A stretch of 64,000 bases of DNA from assembly GCA_963664305.2 (NCBI GenBank), contig CAXXLV010000001.1:768001-832000 (forward strand). Direction: 5' to 3'. This DNA is from an uncultured Aliarcobacter sp. Lineage in GTDB: Bacteria; Campylobacterota; Campylobacteria; Campylobacterales; Arcobacteraceae. Shown here piece after piece: positions 1 through 8,879 of this stretch; within the stretch, counting starts at the first letter, position 1, and each line of letters opens with the position of its first letter. Both the position numbers and the translations under genes were made by a program. The notes beneath the pieces are model-generated. The model was not told where the DNA came from. It made no database searches and saw only the letters and a program-made list of their open reading frames with translations.

Positions 1-1122
1 GCAATTATTACAGGAGTTGGAGTTGCAAGATTTGCATTTACTTCTTTGATTCCTTCTATGTTAGAAAATTATTTAGATATTACATTTGCTGGAATTTTAG
101 CTTCACTAAATTTTGCAGGATATTTAACTGGTTCAATATTATCAGTATTTATAAAAGATATAAATCAAAAAGTGATTTTATTTAGATTTGGACTTGTACT
201 TGCAGTTTTAACAACTTTTGTTTTAGCTTTTAGTTCAAATGAAACTTATTGGATAATAGCAAGAATAATTGCAGGATTTGCTGGAGCTATGGGATTAGTT
301 GTTGGGTCTGCAATTGTAATGACAAAATTGCAAATAGAGAGTAAAACAAAAGCTATGGGAATACACTTTAGTGGTATTGGTTTTTCTATTTTGACTACAG
401 ATTTGTTAAACAGATATATTTTAAGTAGTGGTGGAACTTGGCAAGATGCATGGATGTATTTAGCAATTTTTGGTGCAATTTTGTCAGTTTATTCAATATA
501 TATTTTATCTTTTGACAAAATGGTAAAACAAAATGTAGTTAAACACAAATTTGATACTTCTATATTTACAGTTTTTGTGATACTTCTTATTATGGCTTAT
601 TTTACAGAAGGTGTTGGATTTGTTGTTCAAGGTACTTTTTTACCAGATATTATAAATAATCTTCCAGGACTTGCTGGTTATGGAAATTTAACTTGGACTT
701 TAGTTGGACTTGCTGGAATTCCATCTTGTATTATTTGGATGAGATTAGCTCACAAATATGGAAGCGTAAATATAATCATCATTGCATTATTGATTCAAAT
801 GGTAGGTATTTTAATCCCAACATTTACAACAAATATTTATATGAATTTTTTAAGTGGTATCTTTTATGGTGGAACTTTTGTTGGTTTAGTTGCCCTTTTT
901 ATGAATCTTGGAGGTCAGCTTGCAAAACACAATCCAGTTGTTTTAATGGGAGCTTTAACAACTTCTTATGGAATAGGACAAGTTATTGCACCACTTTATA
1001 GTGTATATTTGATTGAAAAATTTGGCAATTATGATTATGCTTTATATCTGACAGCATTAATTGTATTTGGAGGAGTACTTTTACTTTTAATTGCAAAAAA
1101 ATTTGAAATAGAAAAAATCTAA
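1..1122 (+). CDS. MFS transporter, YbfB/YjiJ family (5' end truncated by window edge)
   Basis: Frame is open from base 1 (AIITGVGVARFAFTSLIPSM, matching the G.RFA(F/Y)T..LP.M start of YbfB/YjiJ); about 12 hydrophobic segments. Confidence 0.85.
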   Translation, partial: AIITGVGVARFAFTSLIPSMLENYLDITFAGILASLNFAGYLTGSILSVFIKDINQKVILFRFGLVLAVLTTFVLAFSSNETYWIIARIIAGFAGAMGLVVGSAIVMTKLQIESKTKAMGIHFSGIGFSILTTDLLNRYILSSGGTWQDAWMYLAIFGAILSVYSIYILSFDKMVKQNVVKHKFDTSIFTVFVILLIMAYFTEGVGFVVQGTFLPDIINNLPGLAGYGNLTWTLVGLAGIPSCIIWMRLAHKYGSVNIIIIALLIQMVGILIPTFTTNIYMNFLSGIFYGGTFVGLVALFMNLGGQLAKHNPVVLMGALTTSYGIGQVIAPLYSVYLIEKFGNYDYALYLTALIVFGGVLLLLIAKKFEIEKI

Positions 1123-1138
1123 ATTAATAGTTTCTAGT

Positions 1139-1324
1139 TTAAGCTAAATCACTTAAATTAGAAACTTTATAAATCACATCTTTTAACTCATTTAATTTTT
1201 TTATCACAGCATCATTACAAGGTTTATCTAGCTTATATCTAATATCTATAAAATCATAAATATTGTCTATATTTCCATATATCTCTTTTAATAACTCTTT
1301 TTTTATCTCTTCTTGAACTCTCAT
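1139..1324 (-). CDS. small hypothetical protein (61 aa, MRVQEEIKKELL...)
   Basis: ATG at 1324 preceded by AAGGAAG SD; amphipathic helical sequence; sigma-54-like promoter upstream. Confidence 0.7.
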   Translation of the reverse strand: MRVQEEIKKELLKEIYGNIDNIYDFIDIRYKLDKPCNDAVIKKLNELKDVIYKVSNLSDLA

Positions 1325-1355
1325 AATATCTTCCTTATTTAATATGGAATTTATA

Positions 1356-1371
1356 TGCATTTTTTATTCCT
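1356..1371 (-). promoter_or_regulatory. putative sigma-54 (-24/-12) promoter for the small divergent gene
   Basis: Minus strand AGGAATAAAAAATGCA has exact GG-N10-GC spacing, ~30 nt upstream of the ATG at 1324. Confidence 0.55.
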
Positions 1372-1381
1372 ATTTTTTGTA

Positions 1382-1397
1382 TGGAACATTAAATGCA
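1382..1397 (+). promoter_or_regulatory. sigma-54 (-24/-12) promoter of nifB
   Basis: TGGAACATTAAATGCA with GG at 1383-84 and GC at 1395-96 (N10); SD AAGGAG and ATG at 1429 follow. Confidence 0.8.
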
Positions 1398-1428
1398 TTG
1401 TGTTGATAAATCAAATAAGGAGTTATCT

Positions 1429-2877
1429 ATGAGTTGTTCGTGTACTTCAAGTAGTTCTCAAGAATCAATCCAAGAAGATATAATGGCAAAAATTAATAAT
1501 CATCCATGTTATAGTGAAGGTGCTCACCAACACTATGCAAGGATACATGTTGCTGTTGCACCGGCTTGTAATATTCAATGTAACTACTGTAATAGAAAAT
1601 ATGATTGTTCAAATGAGAGTAGACCTGGTGTTACTAGTACTAAATTATCACCTGAAGAAGCAGTTAAGAAGATTTTATATGTTGGTGGTGAAATTCAACA
1701 GCTTTCAGTTGTAGGAATTGCAGGACCTGGTGATGCATTAGCAAATCCTGAAAAAACTTTTAAAACATTTAAAATGCTATATGAAAAAGCACCAGATTTA
1801 AAAATGTGTTTATCTACAAATGGGCTTATGTTACCAGATTATATTGACCAAATCCAAAAATATAATGTTGACCATGTAACAGTTACTATCAATTCTGTTG
1901 ATGAAACTGGTGAAGTTGGTTCAAAAATCTATCCATGGATTTTATGGAATCACAAAAAAGTATTTGGAAAAGAAGCAGCAAAAATCCTTTTACAAAGACA
2001 ACTTGAGGGAATCAAGATGTTAACTGAAAGAGGAATTTTAGTAAAAGCAAACTCTGTTTTAATTCCAGGTGTTAATGACCAAGAATTACCAAATGTTGCT
2101 AAAAAATTAAAAGAGTTAGGTGTTTTCTTACATAACATCATGCCTTTATTATCTAAACCAGAATTTGGTACATATTATGGACTAAATGGGCAAGCAAGCG
2201 CAACTGACCAAGAAGTTATGGCTGCTCAAGAAGCTTGTGGAATGGATATGAAATTAATGTCACACTGTAGACAATGTAGAGCTGATGCTGTTGGATTAAT
2301 CGGTGAAGATAGAGGTGAAGAGTTCACAAAAGATTCATTTGTAAAAATGGATTGGGAAGAATTAACTAAAAAATATGATATCAATGCACGAGCTGCAAAA
2401 CACCAAGTTATTGAAAACTGGAGAGCTGCACTAGAAAAAGCAAATGAAAAAATCAAAATTGAACAAGCTTCTAAAGAGCAATTAAGTTCTACAGGTGAGA
2501 CTAAACTAATTGCAGTTACAACAGCTGGTGAAGGTATGATTAACTTACACTTTGGTAATGCTAAAGAGTTCTTAATCTATGAAGCTGGAGACAAAGCTAT
2601 CAAATTTGTAATGCATAGAAAAGTTGAAAATCCATATTGTAAAGGACCTGAAGATTGTGATGGTTCTTATCCAATTGAAGAGATTAAAAACACACTAAAA
2701 GATGTTGATATTTTATTAACAGAAAAAATTGGTGGTTGTCCAATGGATGAATTAAAATCAATTAACTTGATTTGTGATGATTCTTATGCACTTCAACCAA
2801 TTGAAAAATCAGTATTTGCAGCAGTTCAAAAATATTTCTATTCAGATACTGCAAAATCTGAAAAAGAGTTAGGGTAA
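1429..2877 (+). CDS. nifB: nitrogenase cofactor biosynthesis radical SAM protein NifB with C-terminal NifX-like domain
   Basis: HPC, CNIQCNYC (radical SAM), ESRPG, AGPGD, TVTIN and CRQCRADA motifs; C-terminal INLHFGNA NifX-like domain; SD AAGGAG before ATG 1429. Confidence 0.97.
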   Translation: MSCSCTSSSSQESIQEDIMAKINNHPCYSEGAHQHYARIHVAVAPACNIQCNYCNRKYDCSNESRPGVTSTKLSPEEAVKKILYVGGEIQQLSVVGIAGPGDALANPEKTFKTFKMLYEKAPDLKMCLSTNGLMLPDYIDQIQKYNVDHVTVTINSVDETGEVGSKIYPWILWNHKKVFGKEAAKILLQRQLEGIKMLTERGILVKANSVLIPGVNDQELPNVAKKLKELGVFLHNIMPLLSKPEFGTYYGLNGQASATDQEVMAAQEACGMDMKLMSHCRQCRADAVGLIGEDRGEEFTKDSFVKMDWEELTKKYDINARAAKHQVIENWRAALEKANEKIKIEQASKEQLSSTGETKLIAVTTAGEGMINLHFGNAKEFLIYEAGDKAIKFVMHRKVENPYCKGPEDCDGSYPIEEIKNTLKDVDILLTEKIGGCPMDELKSINLICDDSYALQPIEKSVFAAVQKYFYSDTAKSEKELG

Positions 2878-2890
2878 AACCTAACTTTTT
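2861..2890 (+). terminator. hairpin/terminator after nifB
   Basis: AGTTAGG-gtaaaa-CCTAACT stem followed by T-run. Confidence 0.55.
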
Positions 2891-3181
2891 ATGTCAATGA
2901 AGAACAAACCTACAGTCATACTTTTAAAAGGAAATGGTCCCGTTTCTATTAATAACGAATTAATGGAATTAATCACAATAACTACCTCTCATGGATTTAT
3001 TGGATTTCCTCTAAAACAACTTCGTGCACAAAAAGTTGTTGTTTTAAATGATTATGACAAATTCTTAACAATCGAAAAAGAAATCACAACAAAACCTTGC
3101 TGTTTCATATTTTCTTACGACGAATTACAATCAAAAGATTTTGACCTTATTAAATCAGAAGAGTTAGAAATTTTAAAATAA
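2891..3181 (+). CDS. hypothetical protein (96 aa) between nifB and nifV
   Basis: ORF fills the gap with host-like codons; no obvious SD; no recognised motif. Confidence 0.5.
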   Translation: MSMKNKPTVILLKGNGPVSINNELMELITITTSHGFIGFPLKQLRAQKVVVLNDYDKFLTIEKEITTKPCCFIFSYDELQSKDFDLIKSEELEILK

Positions 3182-3199
3182 TTTTTAACTCTTTTAGTT

Positions 3200-3216
3200 T
3201 TGGAATAGATTTTGCA
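3200..3216 (+). promoter_or_regulatory. sigma-54 promoter of the nifV operon
   Basis: TTGGAATAGATTTTGCA with GG at 3202-03 and GC at 3214-15, ~33 nt upstream of the nifV ATG. Confidence 0.85.
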
Positions 3217-3248
3217 CGTATATTAGTATCGAAATTAAAGGTTAGTAT

Positions 3249-4364
3249 ATGTCAATAATTAATGATACAACTTTAAGAGATGGTGAACAAACGCCATACG
3301 TAGCATTTAACACAAAAGAAAAGTTACAAATAGCACAACTTCTATATGAAGCTGGAGCTGATGAACTAGAAGTTGGAATTCCTGCCATGGGTAAAAAAGA
3401 GCAAGATGATTTAAAAGAGATTCTTGCACTTAATTTACCTATTCAAATAATGAGTTGGAATAGAGCTACATTGAGCGATTTGGATGAATCATTGAAGTGT
3501 GGACTTAAAGCTGTGGATTTATCAATCCCTGTATCAGATATATTGATTGACGTGAAATTTAATGGCGATAAAAACAGGTTGTTAAAACAACTTGAAAAAG
3601 TAGTTGTTCAAGCTAAAAAAGAAAATCTATTTGTTTGTATTGGTGGAGAAGATTCAAGTAGAGCAAATCTAGATTTCCTAAAAGAGATTATGACTTTAGG
3701 AAAAGAGCTAGGGGCAAATCGATTTAGATATTGTGATACTGTTGGTATTTTAACACCAAACACGACATACGAAAACATAAAAAATTTAAGTTCTGCTAAT
3801 TTATTAGACATCGAAATGCATACACATAATGACTTTGGGATGGGGACTGCAAATGCCATAGCTGGTTATGAAGCAGGAGCTATCAGCGCGAACACCACTG
3901 TTATTGGCATAGGCGAAAGAGCTGGTAATGCGTCATTTGAACAAGTTTTAATGTCACTTGTTCGATTACTTGGAGTGAAAAAAGAGATTAATTCAAACGC
4001 TCTAAAATCTTTGATAAAAACAGTAAGTAGTGCATCAAATAGAAGAGTTGATGCTAATTTACCAATTATCGGGAAAAATATATTCTGTCATGAATCTGGA
4101 ATTCATGTAAATGGTATGATGAAATCAAAAGCTGCATATGAACCTTTTAATCCAGATGAAGTTGGATTAAAAAGAGAGTTTCCTATAGGAAAACACTCAG
4201 GAAGTTCTACTTTGGTTTATCATCTACAATCATTAGGCATTGAGCCTAATATGGAAATAGTACAAAAAATACTTCCAAAAGTTCGAGAAATTGTAACTAA
4301 CAGAAAAAAAGTATTAAGTACAAAAGAATTAAAAGAGTTATACCTATGTTCATTGGATATTTGA
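3249..4364 (+). CDS. nifV: homocitrate synthase NifV
   Basis: DTTLRDGEQ, HTHNDFG, GIGERAGNA, HESGIH and GKHSG motifs; no LeuA regulatory domain; nif context. Confidence 0.93.
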   Translation: MSIINDTTLRDGEQTPYVAFNTKEKLQIAQLLYEAGADELEVGIPAMGKKEQDDLKEILALNLPIQIMSWNRATLSDLDESLKCGLKAVDLSIPVSDILIDVKFNGDKNRLLKQLEKVVVQAKKENLFVCIGGEDSSRANLDFLKEIMTLGKELGANRFRYCDTVGILTPNTTYENIKNLSSANLLDIEMHTHNDFGMGTANAIAGYEAGAISANTTVIGIGERAGNASFEQVLMSLVRLLGVKKEINSNALKSLIKTVSSASNRRVDANLPIIGKNIFCHESGIHVNGMMKSKAAYEPFNPDEVGLKREFPIGKHSGSSTLVYHLQSLGIEPNMEIVQKILPKVREIVTNRKKVLSTKELKELYLCSLDI

Positions 4365-5152
4365 AAAGTGATTTTGAAGAGAATTTAGAAGAGTTATTTA
4401 CTCAAAATCCTCTTTTAGACATATCGTTGTTGAAACAAACATATACAGTTTTTCCTGAATACTGTTTTGCTGCTTATGAAAAAGCAGAAATTGTTGGGGT
4501 ATTAAGTGCTTATGTTTTTGAAAAGTATGTTTATGTAAATGTATTTGAAGTTCTAGAAAAGTATGAAGATGTATTTACTAGATTGATTTCACTTTTATTA
4601 AAAAATATACCAAATGAAAATGTTGTTCTCTTGGTTGAAAATAAAAAATGTATAAAATTAATTGAATTAGGTTTTAAAGAGTTTTGTAATTTCTCAAGAA
4701 TGACTCATTCTGGTGAGGCAGTTGCTTTTAATTTTTCAAATTCAACTGCAAAACAAGTAAGTGGTGAGTTTTATGACGAAGTTTCAAAAAGAATTGATAA
4801 AAAAGTTTTTCATCAAAATAGAGAAGATTACATAAAAAAAGATTGTGTTTTCTCAAATTCTTTAAAACTTTCTACAATGCATGGATTTTTACATTCTTAT
4901 GTTGTAAATAAAAGATTTATCAAAATTTCTCCATGGCTTATGGATAGTGAAGCTTTTATTGATGCAGAAAAACTTCTTCGAGGAGTTTTATATTATAGAG
5001 GATTAAAAAAGATTTATGCATATGCACCATCAAATGAAAAAGAGATTATTGAACTTTACCAAAGCTATAAGTTTAAAATCGATGGAGATTTTAAACTTAT
5101 GTATTTGACTGAATTGCCAGATATAAAACTTGAAAACCTATATGGATTATAA
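4346..5152 (+). CDS. hypothetical protein, probable degenerate tandem GNAT-fold
   Basis: N-terminal CFAAYEKAEIVGVLSAY..YVNVFEV and C-terminal IIELYQSYKFK resemble GNAT motifs; overlaps the nifV stop. Confidence 0.55.
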   Translation: MFIGYLKSDFEENLEELFTQNPLLDISLLKQTYTVFPEYCFAAYEKAEIVGVLSAYVFEKYVYVNVFEVLEKYEDVFTRLISLLLKNIPNENVVLLVENKKCIKLIELGFKEFCNFSRMTHSGEAVAFNFSNSTAKQVSGEFYDEVSKRIDKKVFHQNREDYIKKDCVFSNSLKLSTMHGFLHSYVVNKRFIKISPWLMDSEAFIDAEKLLRGVLYYRGLKKIYAYAPSNEKEIIELYQSYKFKIDGDFKLMYLTELPDIKLENLYGL

Positions 5153-5161
5153 GGAGACAAA

Positions 5162-5371
5162 ATGGAACCAACTCACGAAGAGCAAAAAGAACTAAAGAAA
5201 GAGTTAGCAAAATACAAAAGAAAAGTGGTTGAGCTTGCTGGTGAAGTGCATGATATAGTTGAAGATAGAATCTGGACAGATTATGTGAATTTACCAAAAT
5301 TAAGTGAAGAGATAAACCTTGCTATGAAAGAGGTCCTTGATTTTCAAGAACTACACCCATATTTAAAATAA
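5162..5371 (+). CDS. CCE_0567 / Rop-like (DUF683) nif-associated small protein
   Basis: ELKKELAKYKRKVVELAGEVHDIVED..W pattern matches the family HDL.E motif; SD AAGGAG. Confidence 0.75.
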   Translation: MEPTHEEQKELKKELAKYKRKVVELAGEVHDIVEDRIWTDYVNLPKLSEEINLAMKEVLDFQELHPYLK

Positions 5372-5381
5372 GTAGTATACC

Positions 5382-5624
5382 ATGGAAAAATTAGAAGATA
5401 AAATCATTTGTGAGTGCGGTGAAAAGACTGTTGCTCAAGCTGTTGAAATCTTCAAACATACTGATTTGCCATATAAAAAAGCGAAAAAACTAGTAACTGG
5501 TTGTAATCAAACCTGTTGTAGAAGACCTTTAATGGCACTATTTAATATGATTGAATTTGGTGAAATCGACTATGAAGAGATTGCTTTTTTAATTGATGCA
5601 AAAAATGATAGGTTAAAGGATTAA
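5382..5624 (+). CDS. BFD-like [2Fe-2S]-binding protein
   Basis: IICECG...VTGCNQTCCR cysteine spacing in an 80-aa protein. Confidence 0.7.
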   Translation: MEKLEDKIICECGEKTVAQAVEIFKHTDLPYKKAKKLVTGCNQTCCRRPLMALFNMIEFGEIDYEEIAFLIDAKNDRLKD

Positions 5625-5627
5625 GCT

Positions 5628-6623
5628 ATGGCAAGTGATATTGAAAACTTCGTTAAATGGATTAGAGCAAACGATTTAACTCCAATAATGTCAACGCATA
5701 GTGATGATTTGGAGTTTTTAACACATCTTGATTTATCAAAAAGAAATTTAAAAGATTTACCTGAGTCTATAGGCGTTTTAAAAAATCTTAATGTTTTAAA
5801 ACTATCAAATAATAGAATCAGAAAACTTCCAAAAGCAATTGGAGAGTTAAAAAAACTTAGAAATTTACAATGTGAAAATAATTTGATTGAAGAACTTCCT
5901 GAAACTATAGGTGATTTAGAAAATCTAATGATTTTAAATCTAAATGTAAATAGAATAAAAGTTTTACCAAAAGAGTTTTATAACCTAACTTCACTTACAA
6001 GATTAACACTTGCATCAAATAGAATAGAGAAGTTAGACCCAGAGTTTGGTAATTTATCAAAACTTTTATATCTATCTTTAGAAACAAATGAACTTGAAGA
6101 GTTACCAGAAGTTTTTGAGTCGATGAAACAGTTATATTATTTGGATTTATCTTTTAATCATTTGACAAATCTTCCAAACTCTTTATCAAAAATTAAAGAA
6201 TTGGAAACATTGATTTTAGAAGGTAATACTATAAAAGAGTTGCCATCATTAGAGAGCCATGATATGCTTCTAAAACTTGATTTGAGTGACAATAACTTAA
6301 AAAGTTTAGACTTTGATATTAGTAAATTAGAAGATTTGAAAATATTAAGAATTGATAATAACTATTTAACATCTATTCCTGATGAAATTTGTAATTTACA
6401 AAACTTAGTTAGTTTAAGTGTTAGTTCAAATAGACTTAAATCTCTACCTGAACAAATTGGGCATATAAAAACACTTCAAGAGTTAGATGTGGAAGAAAAT
6501 GAGTTGGAGAGTTTGCCAAAATCTATAGAAGAATTAGAGAATTTAAAAGAGTTGTATATAGACAATAATAAAAATCTAAAAAAACCAGAAAAATTAGAAT
6601 TAGAATTTTGTGATGTGAATTAG
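5628..6623 (+). CDS. leucine-rich repeat protein (~13 x 23-aa LRR)
   Basis: Repeated LxxLxLxxNxLxxLPxxIxx units visible across the protein; no signal peptide. Confidence 0.92.
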   Translation: MASDIENFVKWIRANDLTPIMSTHSDDLEFLTHLDLSKRNLKDLPESIGVLKNLNVLKLSNNRIRKLPKAIGELKKLRNLQCENNLIEELPETIGDLENLMILNLNVNRIKVLPKEFYNLTSLTRLTLASNRIEKLDPEFGNLSKLLYLSLETNELEELPEVFESMKQLYYLDLSFNHLTNLPNSLSKIKELETLILEGNTIKELPSLESHDMLLKLDLSDNNLKSLDFDISKLEDLKILRIDNNYLTSIPDEICNLQNLVSLSVSSNRLKSLPEQIGHIKTLQELDVEENELESLPKSIEELENLKELYIDNNKNLKKPEKLELEFCDVN

Positions 6624-6632
6624 GAGAAGAAG

Positions 6633-7082
6633 ATGAGAGATTTAGTATTAATGGAGAAACAAATTTTAGAGCTGTTACAGTTTCATGCAAATGATGATTA
6701 TGCAAAAGATGAATTAGCTCCATTAATTGCCAAGACATCTCTTGAAATGGGGCATTTATATTCGGATTTAGGATTAGCAAGTAGAAAAGAGATGGGAGAA
6801 CTTATGTCAAAAAATTTCACATCTCTTGCAAATGTAAAACCTGATGATGTAAGATGGAAAAAATATTTATATGATTGTATAGGAAAAACAGCACCTGCAT
6901 GTGCCACTTGTGGTGATATCTCAAACTGTTTTAACTGTACATTAAATCCAAATAGAGAGAAAACAGAAGTGAAAAAAAGTAAAATATTAGAAGGAAGATT
7001 TGCTACAGGAAACAAAGATTTAGTAATCTTAGTCTCTTTTGAAGTAACAATCTTCTTAATGTCATTTTTTTTAATATATTAA
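6633..7082 (+). CDS. nifQ: nitrogen fixation protein NifQ (Mo delivery)
   Basis: HLYSDLGL..R..M..LM...F..LA.....VRWKKYLY core plus C-terminal CATCGDISNCF Cys cluster; SD AGGAG. Confidence 0.85.
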   Translation: MRDLVLMEKQILELLQFHANDDYAKDELAPLIAKTSLEMGHLYSDLGLASRKEMGELMSKNFTSLANVKPDDVRWKKYLYDCIGKTAPACATCGDISNCFNCTLNPNREKTEVKKSKILEGRFATGNKDLVILVSFEVTIFLMSFFLIY

Positions 7083-7084
7083 TT

Positions 7085-8347
7085 TTATAGAGTCTCTTTT
7101 GCTTTTACAGACTCTTTTCCTATAAACTCTTTTTGATTTGCACTTGTTACAATTAACTTTGAAAGTTTATCTGTAATAAGTGTTGCTTCATAAGATTCAT
7201 TTGCAATAGTTGCATTTTCTTGAGTTTGTTTATCTAAAAGATTTATAGAGTTATTGATTTGTTCAATTCCTAAAAGTTGCTCTTTAGATGCATTTTGTAT
7301 ATCATGAATGATATCTGTAGTAGAATTTATATTTTCACTTAACTCTTTGTATCCTTCAATCATGTTATTAGCAATATCTTTTCCATTTGTTGCTTTTAAA
7401 GTTGCACTTTCAACAATCTTTTTTATCTCACGAGCTGCTTCAGCACTTCTATTTGCTAAATTTCGCACCTCTCCTGCAACAACAGCAAAACCTTTTCCAG
7501 CTTCTCCAGCAGTTGCTGCTTCAACAGCTGCATTAAGTGAAAGAATATTTGTTTGGAAAGCAATTTGATCAATAATTGTTATGGCATCATTTATTGATTT
7601 AACTTCTGTATTTATCTCTTCCATTGCTATTGTAGTTTCATTAGCTAGATTTTCACCATTTTTTGTTAATTGAATCAATTTTGTTGAAAGATTTGACATC
7701 ATTAAAATCTTATCAGTATTGTTTCTAAGATTACTTGTAATCTCTTCTAAAGCAGCAGCTGATTCTTCAAGTGAAGCAGCTGCTTCATTTGAACCTTTAT
7801 TTAATTTTTTTACATTTTCAAGTAATATTTCTGAGTTTATATCAAGTGTTAAACCATTTGATTTGTTTTCTATTAACATAGATGTAATAGTTTCTCTTAA
7901 ATGATTTACTCCTTCAACCAATGATTTAAACTCTCCTTGAAGATGAGGCATTTCAACTTTTCTTGTATAGTTGTTTTCAGAATATTCATTTAATGTTTGA
8001 AGTATAGTTTCTATAATAACTCTTAGATTCTCTACTAAAGTATTATATGTATTTGAAATATAGTTTAATTTTTCATTTGATGTTTCAGTATGATGAATTA
8101 TATCATTGATGTTTCCATCTGCAAATTTTTCAGAGATAAGCATAATTTCACCATATACTTTTAACTCTTCTTCATTTTTATGTTTTAATGAATTAGTTAT
8201 TTTTTCTAATTTGATTCTAACTTGTTCATTGAATCCTGTGCAAACTCCATTTATTTCTGGAATGGAATTTATTTTATTATTAATAAATAAATCAATATTA
8301 TCTAGAGCTTCAAGAATATCTGTATTACCTTTATTAGAAAAAAACAT
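7085..8347 (-). CDS. methyl-accepting chemotaxis protein, soluble (no TM)
   Basis: [37 protein letters not shown] signalling hairpin; no long hydrophobic segment. Confidence 0.92.
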   Translation of the reverse strand: MFFSNKGNTDILEALDNIDLFINNKINSIPEINGVCTGFNEQVRIKLEKITNSLKHKNEEELKVYGEIMLISEKFADGNINDIIHHTETSNEKLNYISNTYNTLVENLRVIIETILQTLNEYSENNYTRKVEMPHLQGEFKSLVEGVNHLRETITSMLIENKSNGLTLDINSEILLENVKKLNKGSNEAAASLEESAAALEEITSNLRNNTDKILMMSNLSTKLIQLTKNGENLANETTIAMEEINTEVKSINDAITIIDQIAFQTNILSLNAAVEAATAGEAGKGFAVVAGEVRNLANRSAEAAREIKKIVESATLKATNGKDIANNMIEGYKELSENINSTTDIIHDIQNASKEQLLGIEQINNSINLLDKQTQENATIANESYEATLITDKLSKLIVTSANQKEFIGKESVKAKETL

Positions 8348-8357
8348 ATTTATATCC

Positions 8358-8744
8358 TTATCTCATCGATTTATAAAGCTTTTCAGCTTTTTCAATCTCT
8401 TCTTTTGTAGGTTTAACCCTAACTGAAATGTAACGAATTTCCCCATTTTTTGTTTTTGATGGATAGGCAGTTGCATTTACCCAATAATATCCACCATTTT
8501 TTGTCCGATTTTTAACAATTCCATTCCAAATCTTACCTGCTTTTACTGTTCTCCATAAATCTTCAAAAGCAGCTTTTGGCATATCTTGATGTCTTACTAA
8601 ACTATGAGGTTTACCAATTAACTCTTCTTTTGAAAAGCCAGCAATAGTGCAAAAATCATTATTTGCGTATGTAATAATTCCTTTTTCATTTGTTTCTGAA
8701 ACAATCATCATTTTCTTATTTAATTCAATTTCTCTATTTTTCAA
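8358..8744 (-). CDS. stand-alone PAS domain protein, Aer/CetB-like
   Basis: [60 protein letters not shown] is the Aer-type FAD-PAS signature. Confidence 0.9.
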   Translation of the reverse strand: MKNREIELNKKMMIVSETNEKGIITYANNDFCTIAGFSKEELIGKPHSLVRHQDMPKAAFEDLWRTVKAGKIWNGIVKNRTKNGGYYWVNATAYPSKTKNGEIRYISVRVKPTKEEIEKAEKLYKSMR

Positions 8745-8879
8745 AGCTATTTCTCTTCTTTAACAATTAAATTTTGAGTGATGATTTTAATAACTTTCAC
8801 TTAAAAAATAATAAATTAATATTTTTAATAATTTTCTATAAAATAGGCATTAACTTTTAATTATAAAAATAAAATAATT

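Noticed and set aside
1346..1358. Plus-strand TGGAATTTATATGC as a further sigma-54 site
   Set aside because: GG-GC spacing is N9, not the required N10
1403..1414. TTGATAAATCAA in the nifB leader, also at 45371-82 in the helicase leader, as an Fnr box
   Set aside because: Spacer is N2, not N4; the reverse complement also occurs inside the LRR coding sequence (~5728), consistent with chance in AT-rich DNA
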